A stretch of 64,000 bases of DNA from Bacteroidetes bacterium 43-93 (GTDB lineage: Bacteria > Bacteroidota > Bacteroidia > Chitinophagales > Chitinophagaceae): contig MKUO01000018.1 in the NCBI GenBank assembly GCA_001897855.1, positions 147,513 through 211,512 of the forward strand, written 5' to 3'. How positions within the stretch are numbered: the first letter of the stretch is position 1; each line of letters starts with the position of its first letter. Shown piece by piece: positions 38,054-46,606 of the stretch. Below the pieces are notes generated by a model. That model was not told the DNA's origin. It worked only from the letters and a program-made list of their open reading frames with translations, and ran no database searches. Made by a program: the position numbers and the translations under genes.

Positions 38054-40792
38054 TTATTCTTTTATAACCTTTGCATTCGAACGCCTGCCATCTTCATCTG
38101 TCAGTTGCAACAGGTAGGTACCTTTCACCAGCGCTGATGTATTTATCCTGGTGGTAGCATCGGTGGAAGTTGTTTGCAGTACTATCCTACCCAGCACATC
38201 TGTAACAATAACCTGTGTACCTGCAGCAGCACCGTCTATCACCAATTCATCTATTACAGGGTTAGGATAGATCTTTACACCTGGCATCAGCTCTGCATTG
38301 GCAATACCTGTTGTATTTACACGCACCGTAATGCAATTGCTATTAGCTGATTTAGGCTGCGGGCATAAATAGCTGCTCGTCATTTCTACACATACCACAT
38401 CTTTATCGTTTAGTGTTTTGGCTCCCCATGTATAGCTGGTAGCACCCAATTCATTTTTATTATTGCGCTTCCATTGATATGCAGGTGCATTGCCACCATT
38501 AACCGGTGTAGCATTAAAACTGATGAGGTCGCCGCCTACTTCGTTGCCTGTTGCTGTAGTAGTGATACTTACAGAAGGTACCAGCCATGGGAATACCCGC
38601 ATCACTACCATATTGCTGGTATCAGTATATGGTGTTGCGCAGGTACCATTACTGGTAACCGTGCAATAGTACGTATCATAATCCGCAGTATGGGTATCTG
38701 TGTATTGCATGTTTGCAGCACCCGATATTGGTAACCCGTTCCTGAACCAGCGGAATGTATAACCGGTACCTGCATTACCTGCAAAGCCATGCAAGGTTAG
38801 CGGGCTTCCCTGGCAGATGCTATCGCCCGGGCTTGGGTAAACACCCGCACTTGGCGCCGGTATTACAGTCACTACAATACCAACATCTGCAGACGTACAG
38901 CCACCATCTATTGCGTGCACATTGTACGTACCTGCCGCGCTGACAGTAGTATTATTGATTACAGGGTTTTGCAAAAAGCTGGTAAAGCCATTAGGCCCGC
39001 TCCATATAAATCCCGGCCCTGTACCCCCGGCGCCCAGGGTGAGCGCCTGCCCTACACATACCGGCGTATTGGCTGTAATCGTTGGTGAGGCCGGTATTGC
39101 TATTACGTGTGCGTGGAGCGTATCTACAGCGGTGCAACCATTGAGTGTAGCTGCTAATATATAATCGCCGCTAACAGATGGCTGCGCACTGGTAAAAGAT
39201 ATACTCTGAGCAGTGGTACTGAAGCTATTAGGACCGCTCCACGCCCAGGTAACACCGGTGCTGCTGGTACCACCACTCATAGATAAAGTATTGCCCTGGC
39301 ATTGCGGGCTGTTATTTAGTATGGTAAAACTCTGTGGCAATGGCTTGATGCGCACATTAATACTGTCTTTGTAGGTACAGCCATTAAGACTGGCCGTACC
39401 TACGTAGTAACCCGTATCTGCAAAACCGATGTGCGCCCGCAAAGCATTGGCAGATGAGGAAGTATACGAATTGGGGCCTGTCCAGCTATAAGACACCCCT
39501 GCAAAACTACTGGCCGGGAATATCTTTAAAGTATCGGCCTGGCAAAGCGGGCTATTATAGGTCATGGTATATACAGGTAATGGATTCACCGTCATGGCAA
39601 TGGTATCTGATGCCTTGCAACCCATAAGCCATGCAGTGCCTATATAGGTGCCTGTATATAATGGCAATGCGGGATAAATGACGATACTGCTTCCATAATT
39701 CGCATAAAAACTACCCACCCTGGACCATCGGTAAGCCACACCACTGGTAGTGCTGCTTACCTGCATGCGAAGTGTATCGCCTTCACAAACGGGAGTATTC
39801 CCTGTAACAACCGGCTTGGCGGGAACAATGTTACCAATAACCACATACCCGCTGGGAGCGGAACTGTCCACCGGGCTGCTGGCCATAATACGAAACCTGT
39901 ATTTGGTACCGGATGATAAGGTTGCAGGAATCACACCTTTTAAAGTACCACTTACGTTTGTGGTAAGCGTTGCAATAGATGTAGCATGTACAAAGCTGCC
40001 TGTATCGTCTGATAGCTGCAATGTAAACGTATTGGTATTGCTATATACCCCATTGTATATTGTAAACGGCACAATGATGGAATCGCCTACACATAATGCC
40101 GTATCTGTAAAAGCAGGCGTGATATCTGTTGCCGGCTTCACTTCTATTGAGTCGAAATAATAATAGGCATAACTGCCGCTGCCAACCGATACCGTATAGG
40201 GAGTGGAAAGGAAATCGCCAATAACAAGGTTGCTGTATGCAGAATCTGCGACAAAAATTTTGGTGAGGCGCACCCAATGAGTTTCATCACGTATGGTGTC
40301 GGGGTAAAACACTTGCGGGGTTACAGTTAGTGTATTAGATCCTGTTGTGGTAGTGGACGGGCCATTCTTGTAAAACCATATTCCCAGGCCATTACATGCG
40401 TAGCCCGATACCTCGCCCAATGAAACAGACATGGACACTTTGTAAGTTGTACCCACTGACATAGTACCCATCGTACCAGCTACGTATTCTTTATAACCAC
40501 CTGTGTAGGAGCAATAGCCGCCAACATACGCGTTGCCGCTTGCTGCTGCCTGGCTCCCGGCAAAATTTACAGGTACACCGGTAATGGTAGATGTAGTACA
40601 GGAATTAAAATAATCGGAAGTGCCGGTATGATAAGAGCGCCAACCCGAGCAATCACTCGTTTGCCCGTAACTGCTCGGGCATATGGAGTAATTTTCAAAG
40701 TTTCCATTGTACACAATATTTTGAGCGTGTACCGAAGCATAGCTGATAAAAGAAAGTAGCAGCACAGTGCCGTACAGGAATAGGTATTTCAT
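38054..40792 (-). CDS. T9SS-secreted protein: CBM-like domain + 6 Ig/PKD-like repeats + CTD
   Basis: NGNFE..CP..GTSDYFN.C; repeats; VKIYPNP CTD. Confidence 0.8.
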   Translation of the reverse strand: MKYLFLYGTVLLLSFISYASVHAQNIVYNGNFENYSICPSSYGQTSDCSGWRSYHTGTSDYFNSCTTSTITGVPVNFAGSQAAASGNAYVGGYCSYTGGYKEYVAGTMGTMSVGTTYKVSMSVSLGEVSGYACNGLGIWFYKNGPSTTTTGSNTLTVTPQVFYPDTIRDETHWVRLTKIFVADSAYSNLVIGDFLSTPYTVSVGSGSYAYYYFDSIEVKPATDITPAFTDTALCVGDSIIVPFTIYNGVYSNTNTFTLQLSDDTGSFVHATSIATLTTNVSGTLKGVIPATLSSGTKYRFRIMASSPVDSSAPSGYVVIGNIVPAKPVVTGNTPVCEGDTLRMQVSSTTSGVAYRWSRVGSFYANYGSSIVIYPALPLYTGTYIGTAWLMGCKASDTIAMTVNPLPVYTMTYNSPLCQADTLKIFPASSFAGVSYSWTGPNSYTSSSANALRAHIGFADTGYYVGTASLNGCTYKDSINVRIKPLPQSFTILNNSPQCQGNTLSMSGGTSSTGVTWAWSGPNSFSTTAQSISFTSAQPSVSGDYILAATLNGCTAVDTLHAHVIAIPASPTITANTPVCVGQALTLGAGGTGPGFIWSGPNGFTSFLQNPVINNTTVSAAGTYNVHAIDGGCTSADVGIVVTVIPAPSAGVYPSPGDSICQGSPLTLHGFAGNAGTGYTFRWFRNGLPISGAANMQYTDTHTADYDTYYCTVTSNGTCATPYTDTSNMVVMRVFPWLVPSVSITTTATGNEVGGDLISFNATPVNGGNAPAYQWKRNNKNELGATSYTWGAKTLNDKDVVCVEMTSSYLCPQPKSANSNCITVRVNTTGIANAELMPGVKIYPNPVIDELVIDGAAAGTQVIVTDVLGRIVLQTTSTDATTRINTSALVKGTYLLQLTDEDGRRSNAKVIKE

Positions 40793-40878
40793 AAGATACA
40801 GTTTGGGTCTGCATCATGAAATTAACACTTTTAAAATGTATTATGCGCGGGCTAAAATTAAAATACGCTTAAGCTCTT

Positions 40879-43800
40879 CTATTGTTTTACAATGTGCGCC
40901 TTCAATAGCAAAACATCTTTAACTTTTAGTTGCAAAACATAAACACCACTTACCCACGCTCTGCTGCTGATGCCAATTATATCTTTTGTAGCTGTAGTAT
41001 GTACTATTATTCTACCCAGCATATCGGCTATCAGGATTTCTGTACCCACGTCCACACCCTCTATCTTCAATTCATCCGTTACAGGATTAGGATAGATGCG
41101 TATATTTTCTACTTCTGCCGATGCAATTGAGGAACTTGGAGTAATAACCGTTACGGTAATGCAACCATCTGCAACAGCCGGTAACGGACAGGTATAGTTG
41201 CTGGTCATTTCTACACATACCCTGTCATTATCTTTCAGGCTATCGCTGCGCCACACATTGCCTGTAGCGCCGGGTATATTGGCGCCGTTCAGCTTCCATT
41301 GATAGGATGGATTATCGCCGGCATCAACACCGGTTGCCTGGAAGCTAACAAGATCTCCGATAGTGTACGGCCCTACAGGTGTAGCAGCTATAGAAACCGA
41401 TGGCACCTTCCATGGCAATACCCGCATCACAATAGTATCGCCGGCAACGGTATCACTTACTGCGCAGGTATTGTCTGATATAATGTTACAGGAATAGCTA
41501 TCTCCGTTTGCTGCTGTACTGGTAATATAAACACTGCCACCGCTAAATATATTGGTATTGTTGTGTACCCATTGGTATTTGGGCGATGTGCCGGCATTGG
41601 CAGCAGTTGCCGTAAACGTCAGTATCGTTCCCTGGCATATACTATCTTTTGAAGAAGCAATATATACAGAGGGTGCCGGTATTACCACTACCGTAACAGA
41701 GGTATCGCGAGACGGGCAAACGCCATTGTAAGCCCTAACGGTATAAGCTCCGGCACTAGTGCTATCAATCTTCCGTATCAGCGTATCAGGTGCCTTGCTA
41801 TTAAAACCGGATGGGCCTTTCCATATATAGCTATTGCCCGGCGCGCTACCGGCATTCAATTTCAGATCCTGGCCGACGCACACAGGTGTATTGATAACCG
41901 GCGTGGGTGCAGCAGGCGTGTTCACCACAGCAACCATTTCGGTATCTCTTGCGCTGCAACCATTGATGGATGCTATTACAATATACCGTCCTGCATTAGA
42001 AGGCTGGATGTTTGTTATTGTTATGGTTGGCGTAAAAGCAGTATAGCCGGCAGGCCCAGACCACACATAGCCCACGCCCGTACCTGACGCCGTTGCCATA
42101 AGGGTAAGAATACTATCCTGGCAGAGATTCTTTTTACCTGAAACACTTAACGATGCCGGCAAAGGCTTTATTGTAACATCTACACTGTCTGTACTAAAAC
42201 ATCCGTTGGCCGCAGTTGCTGTTGCATAATACCTACCGGTGGCCGCAACCGTTGCAGCATCGATAAAAGTATCGCGGCTATTAGCAATGAAGCTTGCCGG
42301 GCCAGACCAGCCCCAGGTTACTCCCGAACTACTGGTGGCAGCGGAAAGAAATAATGTATCACCGCTGCATATAGTAGGGGTAACAGAAGAAGCAGTAACA
42401 GTAGCGGGGGACTGGTTGATCACAACATTAACCGTATCTTTTACATAGCAGCCATTTCCCGTAGAATAAGCAACTATATATCGTCCCGCAGCACCGGTTT
42501 GGGCACCGGAGATTACTGCTCTCTTACTTGTAGAAGAAAAAGATGGACCCGTCCACGAATAAACAACGCCTGATGACGTACTATTGGCCACAAGTATCAG
42601 CGAATCTCCGGAACAAATGGGCGTATTTGAAGAAGCAGTATGATTTGCGGCCACAGGCTTTACCAATACAGTAACCGTATCTTTTGCGGTACAGCCCGAA
42701 TAGGTACCGGTAAGAATGTAATCCCCCGACGTGACGGGTTGCGCCCTGGTAATGATAGCATTTTGAGAGGCAGACGAGAAGTTTCCCGGTCCTGACCAAC
42801 TGTAAGTGATTGTTCCCGAAGCGGAAGAACTCCCATATAATTTAAGTGTATCGCCGGCACATACAGGGCTGTTGCTGGTATTGGATACAATGCCTATAGT
42901 TGGCGTTACGGATACATTTGCAGTATCACGCCTGCGACATCCAAACAACCATGCACTCACAATATATTTACCTGCCTGCGCATATAGGATACCGGTACGT
43001 GTTGGTGCAGCTGTAGTAGCACTGAAAGAAGCAGGGCCGGACCATGTATAGTGTACCCCGGGAGTAGTACACGTAGCAGTAAGGTTTAGTGTACCTTGCT
43101 CGCACACGGGAGAATTACTGCCCGCAAGGGGCTTGGCCGGTATTACCGAACCAATAGCAATGGTACGGCTTACAAAAGATGTGTCTGCCTTGTTATCTGA
43201 TAATATACGGATGCGGTACCCGTTGGCGCCAGGTAAAGTAGAAGGCACCACCCATACAAAGGTACCTGCAGTATCGCTATACATTGTGCCGATGGTAGTA
43301 GCGTTATTAAACCTGCCCGAAGTATCTGACAACTGCAGTGTAAAGGTATTTCCTGCCTTATAGTAGTTGGTGCCCGCAATATAAAATGGCAAACGCAATG
43401 TATCACCTGCACAGAAGGCAGTATCAGGTAACACATAAGAGATACCCTTTACTTCTTTCACTACAACGGAATCTATATAATAATAAGCCGCCCCTGCAAT
43501 GGGTGAAGTGCCAAAACCGGTGCTTACAGGATAGGTGGTAGTGGTGCTGCCAAAGCCTCCTATCACGATATTATCATAAGCGGAATCAGGTGTGTATTGC
43601 GTAGTATATCTTACCCAGTTTTGCGTATCTGTAATGGCGCCAAAACTATAGAGTGAGATTTGTGGTGTGACAGTAAGCGCGCTGGACGAACCCGGCAAAG
43701 TAGCAGTTGGCCCATTGTGATAAAACCAGATACCAAGATCGCGCGTAGTATATCCCGAAAAATTGGACAGGCTAATAGATAGCGACACATCGTAAGTAAC

Positions 43801-44142
43801 CCCTTGATGAAGAGCGGTTATAGGCCTGGCTATATATTCTTTATAGGTTGTTGATACCAGGTAAGTATATATCCCTGCATAGCCATTGCCGCTTGCCGGC
43901 ACCTGGTAACCAAATGCATTGGACGGCGTGGATACGAGCGAACTGGTACTACAACTGTGCAAAAAATCAGCAGTACCTGTATGGTAAGACCTCCATCCGC
44001 TGCTATTGCCCATTTGGCTATAATCTGATGGACAGTTAACCACACCTTCAAAATTACCGTTGGGCACAGAGTTTTGTCCCAGGGCATCCGGGGAAAAGAA
44101 AACAATCAATAAAACACAGTAACAGGCGTACAAACACTTCAT
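40879..44142 (-). CDS. T9SS-secreted protein: CBM-like domain + 8 Ig/PKD-like repeats + CTD
   Basis: NGNFE..CP..GTADFLH.C; repeats; IRIYPNP CTD. Confidence 0.8.
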   Translation of the reverse strand: MKCLYACYCVLLIVFFSPDALGQNSVPNGNFEGVVNCPSDYSQMGNSSGWRSYHTGTADFLHSCSTSSLVSTPSNAFGYQVPASGNGYAGIYTYLVSTTYKEYIARPITALHQGVTYDVSLSISLSNFSGYTTRDLGIWFYHNGPTATLPGSSSALTVTPQISLYSFGAITDTQNWVRYTTQYTPDSAYDNIVIGGFGSTTTTYPVSTGFGTSPIAGAAYYYIDSVVVKEVKGISYVLPDTAFCAGDTLRLPFYIAGTNYYKAGNTFTLQLSDTSGRFNNATTIGTMYSDTAGTFVWVVPSTLPGANGYRIRILSDNKADTSFVSRTIAIGSVIPAKPLAGSNSPVCEQGTLNLTATCTTPGVHYTWSGPASFSATTAAPTRTGILYAQAGKYIVSAWLFGCRRRDTANVSVTPTIGIVSNTSNSPVCAGDTLKLYGSSSASGTITYSWSGPGNFSSASQNAIITRAQPVTSGDYILTGTYSGCTAKDTVTVLVKPVAANHTASSNTPICSGDSLILVANSTSSGVVYSWTGPSFSSTSKRAVISGAQTGAAGRYIVAYSTGNGCYVKDTVNVVINQSPATVTASSVTPTICSGDTLFLSAATSSSGVTWGWSGPASFIANSRDTFIDAATVAATGRYYATATAANGCFSTDSVDVTIKPLPASLSVSGKKNLCQDSILTLMATASGTGVGYVWSGPAGYTAFTPTITITNIQPSNAGRYIVIASINGCSARDTEMVAVVNTPAAPTPVINTPVCVGQDLKLNAGSAPGNSYIWKGPSGFNSKAPDTLIRKIDSTSAGAYTVRAYNGVCPSRDTSVTVVVIPAPSVYIASSKDSICQGTILTFTATAANAGTSPKYQWVHNNTNIFSGGSVYITSTAANGDSYSCNIISDNTCAVSDTVAGDTIVMRVLPWKVPSVSIAATPVGPYTIGDLVSFQATGVDAGDNPSYQWKLNGANIPGATGNVWRSDSLKDNDRVCVEMTSNYTCPLPAVADGCITVTVITPSSSIASAEVENIRIYPNPVTDELKIEGVDVGTEILIADMLGRIIVHTTATKDIIGISSRAWVSGVYVLQLKVKDVLLLKAHIVKQ

Positions 44143-44216
44143 GCTCTGGCGGAAATATGTACGGTAATTTAATTAACTATCATTTAATATTGTGGAATAT
44201 TTTATTAAAAAATCAT

Positions 44217-44780
44217 TTAAAATATCTCTTTCGCCCTTTTGTAATAGGCTTCGCGGCCGGCAAGGCCGTTTTGTCCACCGTTAATAAGATAAGTTATGTA
44301 CTCGAACGGGCTATAACCGTGCTTTTTACTCCGCCAGGTATCGGGCAAATCCGCATACTTATTTAATTGCATTTTATTCCAGAACCAACCGGCAGATAGG
44401 CAGGCATATTGCGGTGTCTCCAATAACTGAGGATGCACAAGTAGGGTATTGATATCTCCAAACAATTCTTTGCTGCATTCCATATAATTATTGCGGCCGG
44501 TACATTGTATCAAACCCCGGCCTTTGTACTTCATACCATCACCCGGATGGATATTGCCTAGGTCTCTACGCCCTTCATATGCCCTACCATTGGCTAATTC
44601 TTTCGTATATCTGAAGCCGCCACTTTCGTGTGCCAGTTGCGCGATAAACATACAAATGCGTAATCTCGTTGTAATATCATAACGCTCCATGGTTTTATTT
44701 AGATAGGGAATAAAAACATCGGCATTTTTAGGAAGAAAGGGAACAGTATGTTGCAACTGTTCCATTGTTATGTAATTCAT
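44217..44780 (-). CDS. glycoside hydrolase family 19 endolysin
   Basis: FIAQLAHESGGF, GDGMKYKGRGLIQCTGRNNY, INGGQNGL; no signal peptide. Confidence 0.93.
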   Translation of the reverse strand: MNYITMEQLQHTVPFLPKNADVFIPYLNKTMERYDITTRLRICMFIAQLAHESGGFRYTKELANGRAYEGRRDLGNIHPGDGMKYKGRGLIQCTGRNNYMECSKELFGDINTLLVHPQLLETPQYACLSAGWFWNKMQLNKYADLPDTWRSKKHGYSPFEYITYLINGGQNGLAGREAYYKRAKEIF

Positions 44781-44800
44781 AGTGTTATTTTATTGGGGTT

Positions 44801-45373
44801 TTAGCGTTTAAGTAGCAGGCGGATCAATACGTACGCAATGAGGGTAACAACCAACCATTTTGCCCATAACAGGTAGACCCTGTCTTTTGCAAGTTTGGTA
44901 GTTGCATCCTGCAATTGTTGTTTCAGTGAATACTCGGCAGCGCGGTCGACCACACGCTTATAATTATTGATAAACACCGTATCGATACGCAGTTTTATAA
45001 ATGGCTTATATAACATCTTTTCAGGATGTTGTTCAGGAAAGACCTTGTCCTGAGGCACAGATTGCTCATATATTTTTTCTGTATCTCTTATGTATAAGGG
45101 TATGCCTTCTTTGTAAACCGTATTGATGGCTGCACTGTCTGTAGCAGGATAAAATGCTGCGCATGCGGCAGCCATTATATCAGGATGATGGAGCTGGACA
45201 CGTGCTATTTTGCGTTGGGCAGATCTTTCTGCATTGCAACTACAAAACATTAGCAGGCATACAGTAGTTAATGCCAGAGTCCAGGCGGAGAGCAGTGTGA
45301 CGAGCGAGGTTTTAGGTTGATGATGTTTCCATATTGATACAGTTTTATGGTGTGTTATTATCAGTAGATTCAT
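44801..45373 (-). CDS. candidate unimolecular spanin (N-terminal lipobox + C-terminal TM)
   Basis: LLMFCS|C lipobox; C-terminal YLLWAKWLVVTLIAYVLIRLLLKR; between holin and endolysin; start uncertain. Confidence 0.6.
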   Translation of the reverse strand: MNLLIITHHKTVSIWKHHQPKTSLVTLLSAWTLALTTVCLLMFCSCNAERSAQRKIARVQLHHPDIMAAACAAFYPATDSAAINTVYKEGIPLYIRDTEKIYEQSVPQDKVFPEQHPEKMLYKPFIKLRIDTVFINNYKRVVDRAAEYSLKQQLQDATTKLAKDRVYLLWAKWLVVTLIAYVLIRLLLKR

Positions 45374-45599
45374 TTTCTTCAGGTATAATGCCAAACATTT
45401 TTGATAAGCCAAGTACGATGATGTCAAGGCCTTTTAGGTAAAGCAGGATGCGCACTTTCATCATATCGGGTATAGAGGGGTCGCCGGCCACAACAAAAGC
45501 AACTGCTGTAGTTAGTATTGTGGTGATTCGAAACCCCCATTTTGCCCAAACGGGTGTTTCTAATAAGATACCATCTGTACCAAATTTTAAATTTTTCAT
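45345..45599 (-). CDS. putative holin (2 TM)
   Basis: 84 aa, two hydrophobic segments, charged C-tail, in lysis cassette. Confidence 0.6.
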   Translation of the reverse strand: MKNLKFGTDGILLETPVWAKWGFRITTILTTAVAFVVAGDPSIPDMMKVRILLYLKGLDIIVLGLSKMFGIIPEENESTDNNTP

Positions 45600-45604
45600 A
45601 GTGT

Positions 45605-45844
45605 CTATTTTTGAAGTTTATATTTAAGAATTTCAATATCGTCAGCATTCTTTGCGACCTCCCGCTCTACATAATCCAGTCGTTGGCCTTGCATACGGTA
45701 CTCGGCTTTGTTTTCCTGGATAGCAATCATAACATTCAGGTACAGCCTTACACCTACGCTTACACATGCGATAGCAGAAAGGATAATTGTCCAGACGAGT
45801 TTTAATGTTATACCCCTTAATTCTTTTTGTTCCACGTTTGTCAT
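45605..45844 (-). CDS. small 1-TM + coiled-coil protein (holin/antiholin-like)
   Basis: LVWTIILSAIACVSVGVRLYL TM followed by heptad-rich tail. Confidence 0.5.
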   Translation of the reverse strand: MTNVEQKELRGITLKLVWTIILSAIACVSVGVRLYLNVMIAIQENKAEYRMQGQRLDYVEREVAKNADDIEILKYKLQK

Positions 45845-45862
45845 AGTGATAGTATTTAATAT

Positions 45863-46606
45863 TTATGGGATGCCCCATTTATTGGTTGTATATGCTCTTA
45901 CGGCCGCATCATTAGGTGTACCGCCCTGGTATATATAAATACCTTTGATACTGAGACTACTTGTGTTAGTGCCTATATAACCGATGCCGATTGGCGATGA
46001 AGCTGTAGCAGTACCCACTGATCCGATGACGGAAGAAGTATTGACGGACAGTGAAGAGGAACTGCCATTCCAGCTACCTTTGAATAGATAATAAGTACTA
46101 TTGACCGGATGCAAAGACGCCAGACTAAGTGTGCCGGTATTCGCATATATCTTAAATGTGTTGGTACTACTTGCCCGTTCCACATCCATAAAAGAATTTG
46201 TGGCACCATTATCATAAAACATAATAGCCCCGTCACTATTCGCTATGATATTTACAGCTGCAACAATATAAATGGTATAGGGCTGAGACAGGGAAGCAGA
46301 CTGATACATGGCCTGTCCTGAGGATCCCTGGAAAGTAATTGCATTAGTACCATTCCAAACAGGTTTTAAGGTGGCATTAGATTGCAGCCAGTTTCTACCG
46401 TTCCCACTCTTATCATTCCATTGACTGACATTATTAGACGATTGAGTGATAGAAGATGCATCATCCGCTTCGTAATATGCCCAAAGATTAGTTGCGGGCA
46501 GTGTGGGAGAAGCTGTCGCGCTATATTTCCACCCATTAACAATTATGCGTTGTGCATGCAGATTAAAGAACGATACGCAGCACATGCTAAAAAATAACTT
46601 TCTCAT
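45863..46606 (-). CDS. LamG/concanavalin-like lectin-fold protein with Sec signal peptide
   Basis: MRKLFFSMCCVSFFNLHA|Q; YYEADDASSI..VSQWNDKSGNGRN; start overlaps fibre stop (TAATG at 46608-46604). Confidence 0.65.
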   Translation of the reverse strand: MRKLFFSMCCVSFFNLHAQRIIVNGWKYSATASPTLPATNLWAYYEADDASSITQSSNNVSQWNDKSGNGRNWLQSNATLKPVWNGTNAITFQGSSGQAMYQSASLSQPYTIYIVAAVNIIANSDGAIMFYDNGATNSFMDVERASSTNTFKIYANTGTLSLASLHPVNSTYYLFKGSWNGSSSSLSVNTSSVIGSVGTATASSPIGIGYIGTNTSSLSIKGIYIYQGGTPNDAAVRAYTTNKWGIP

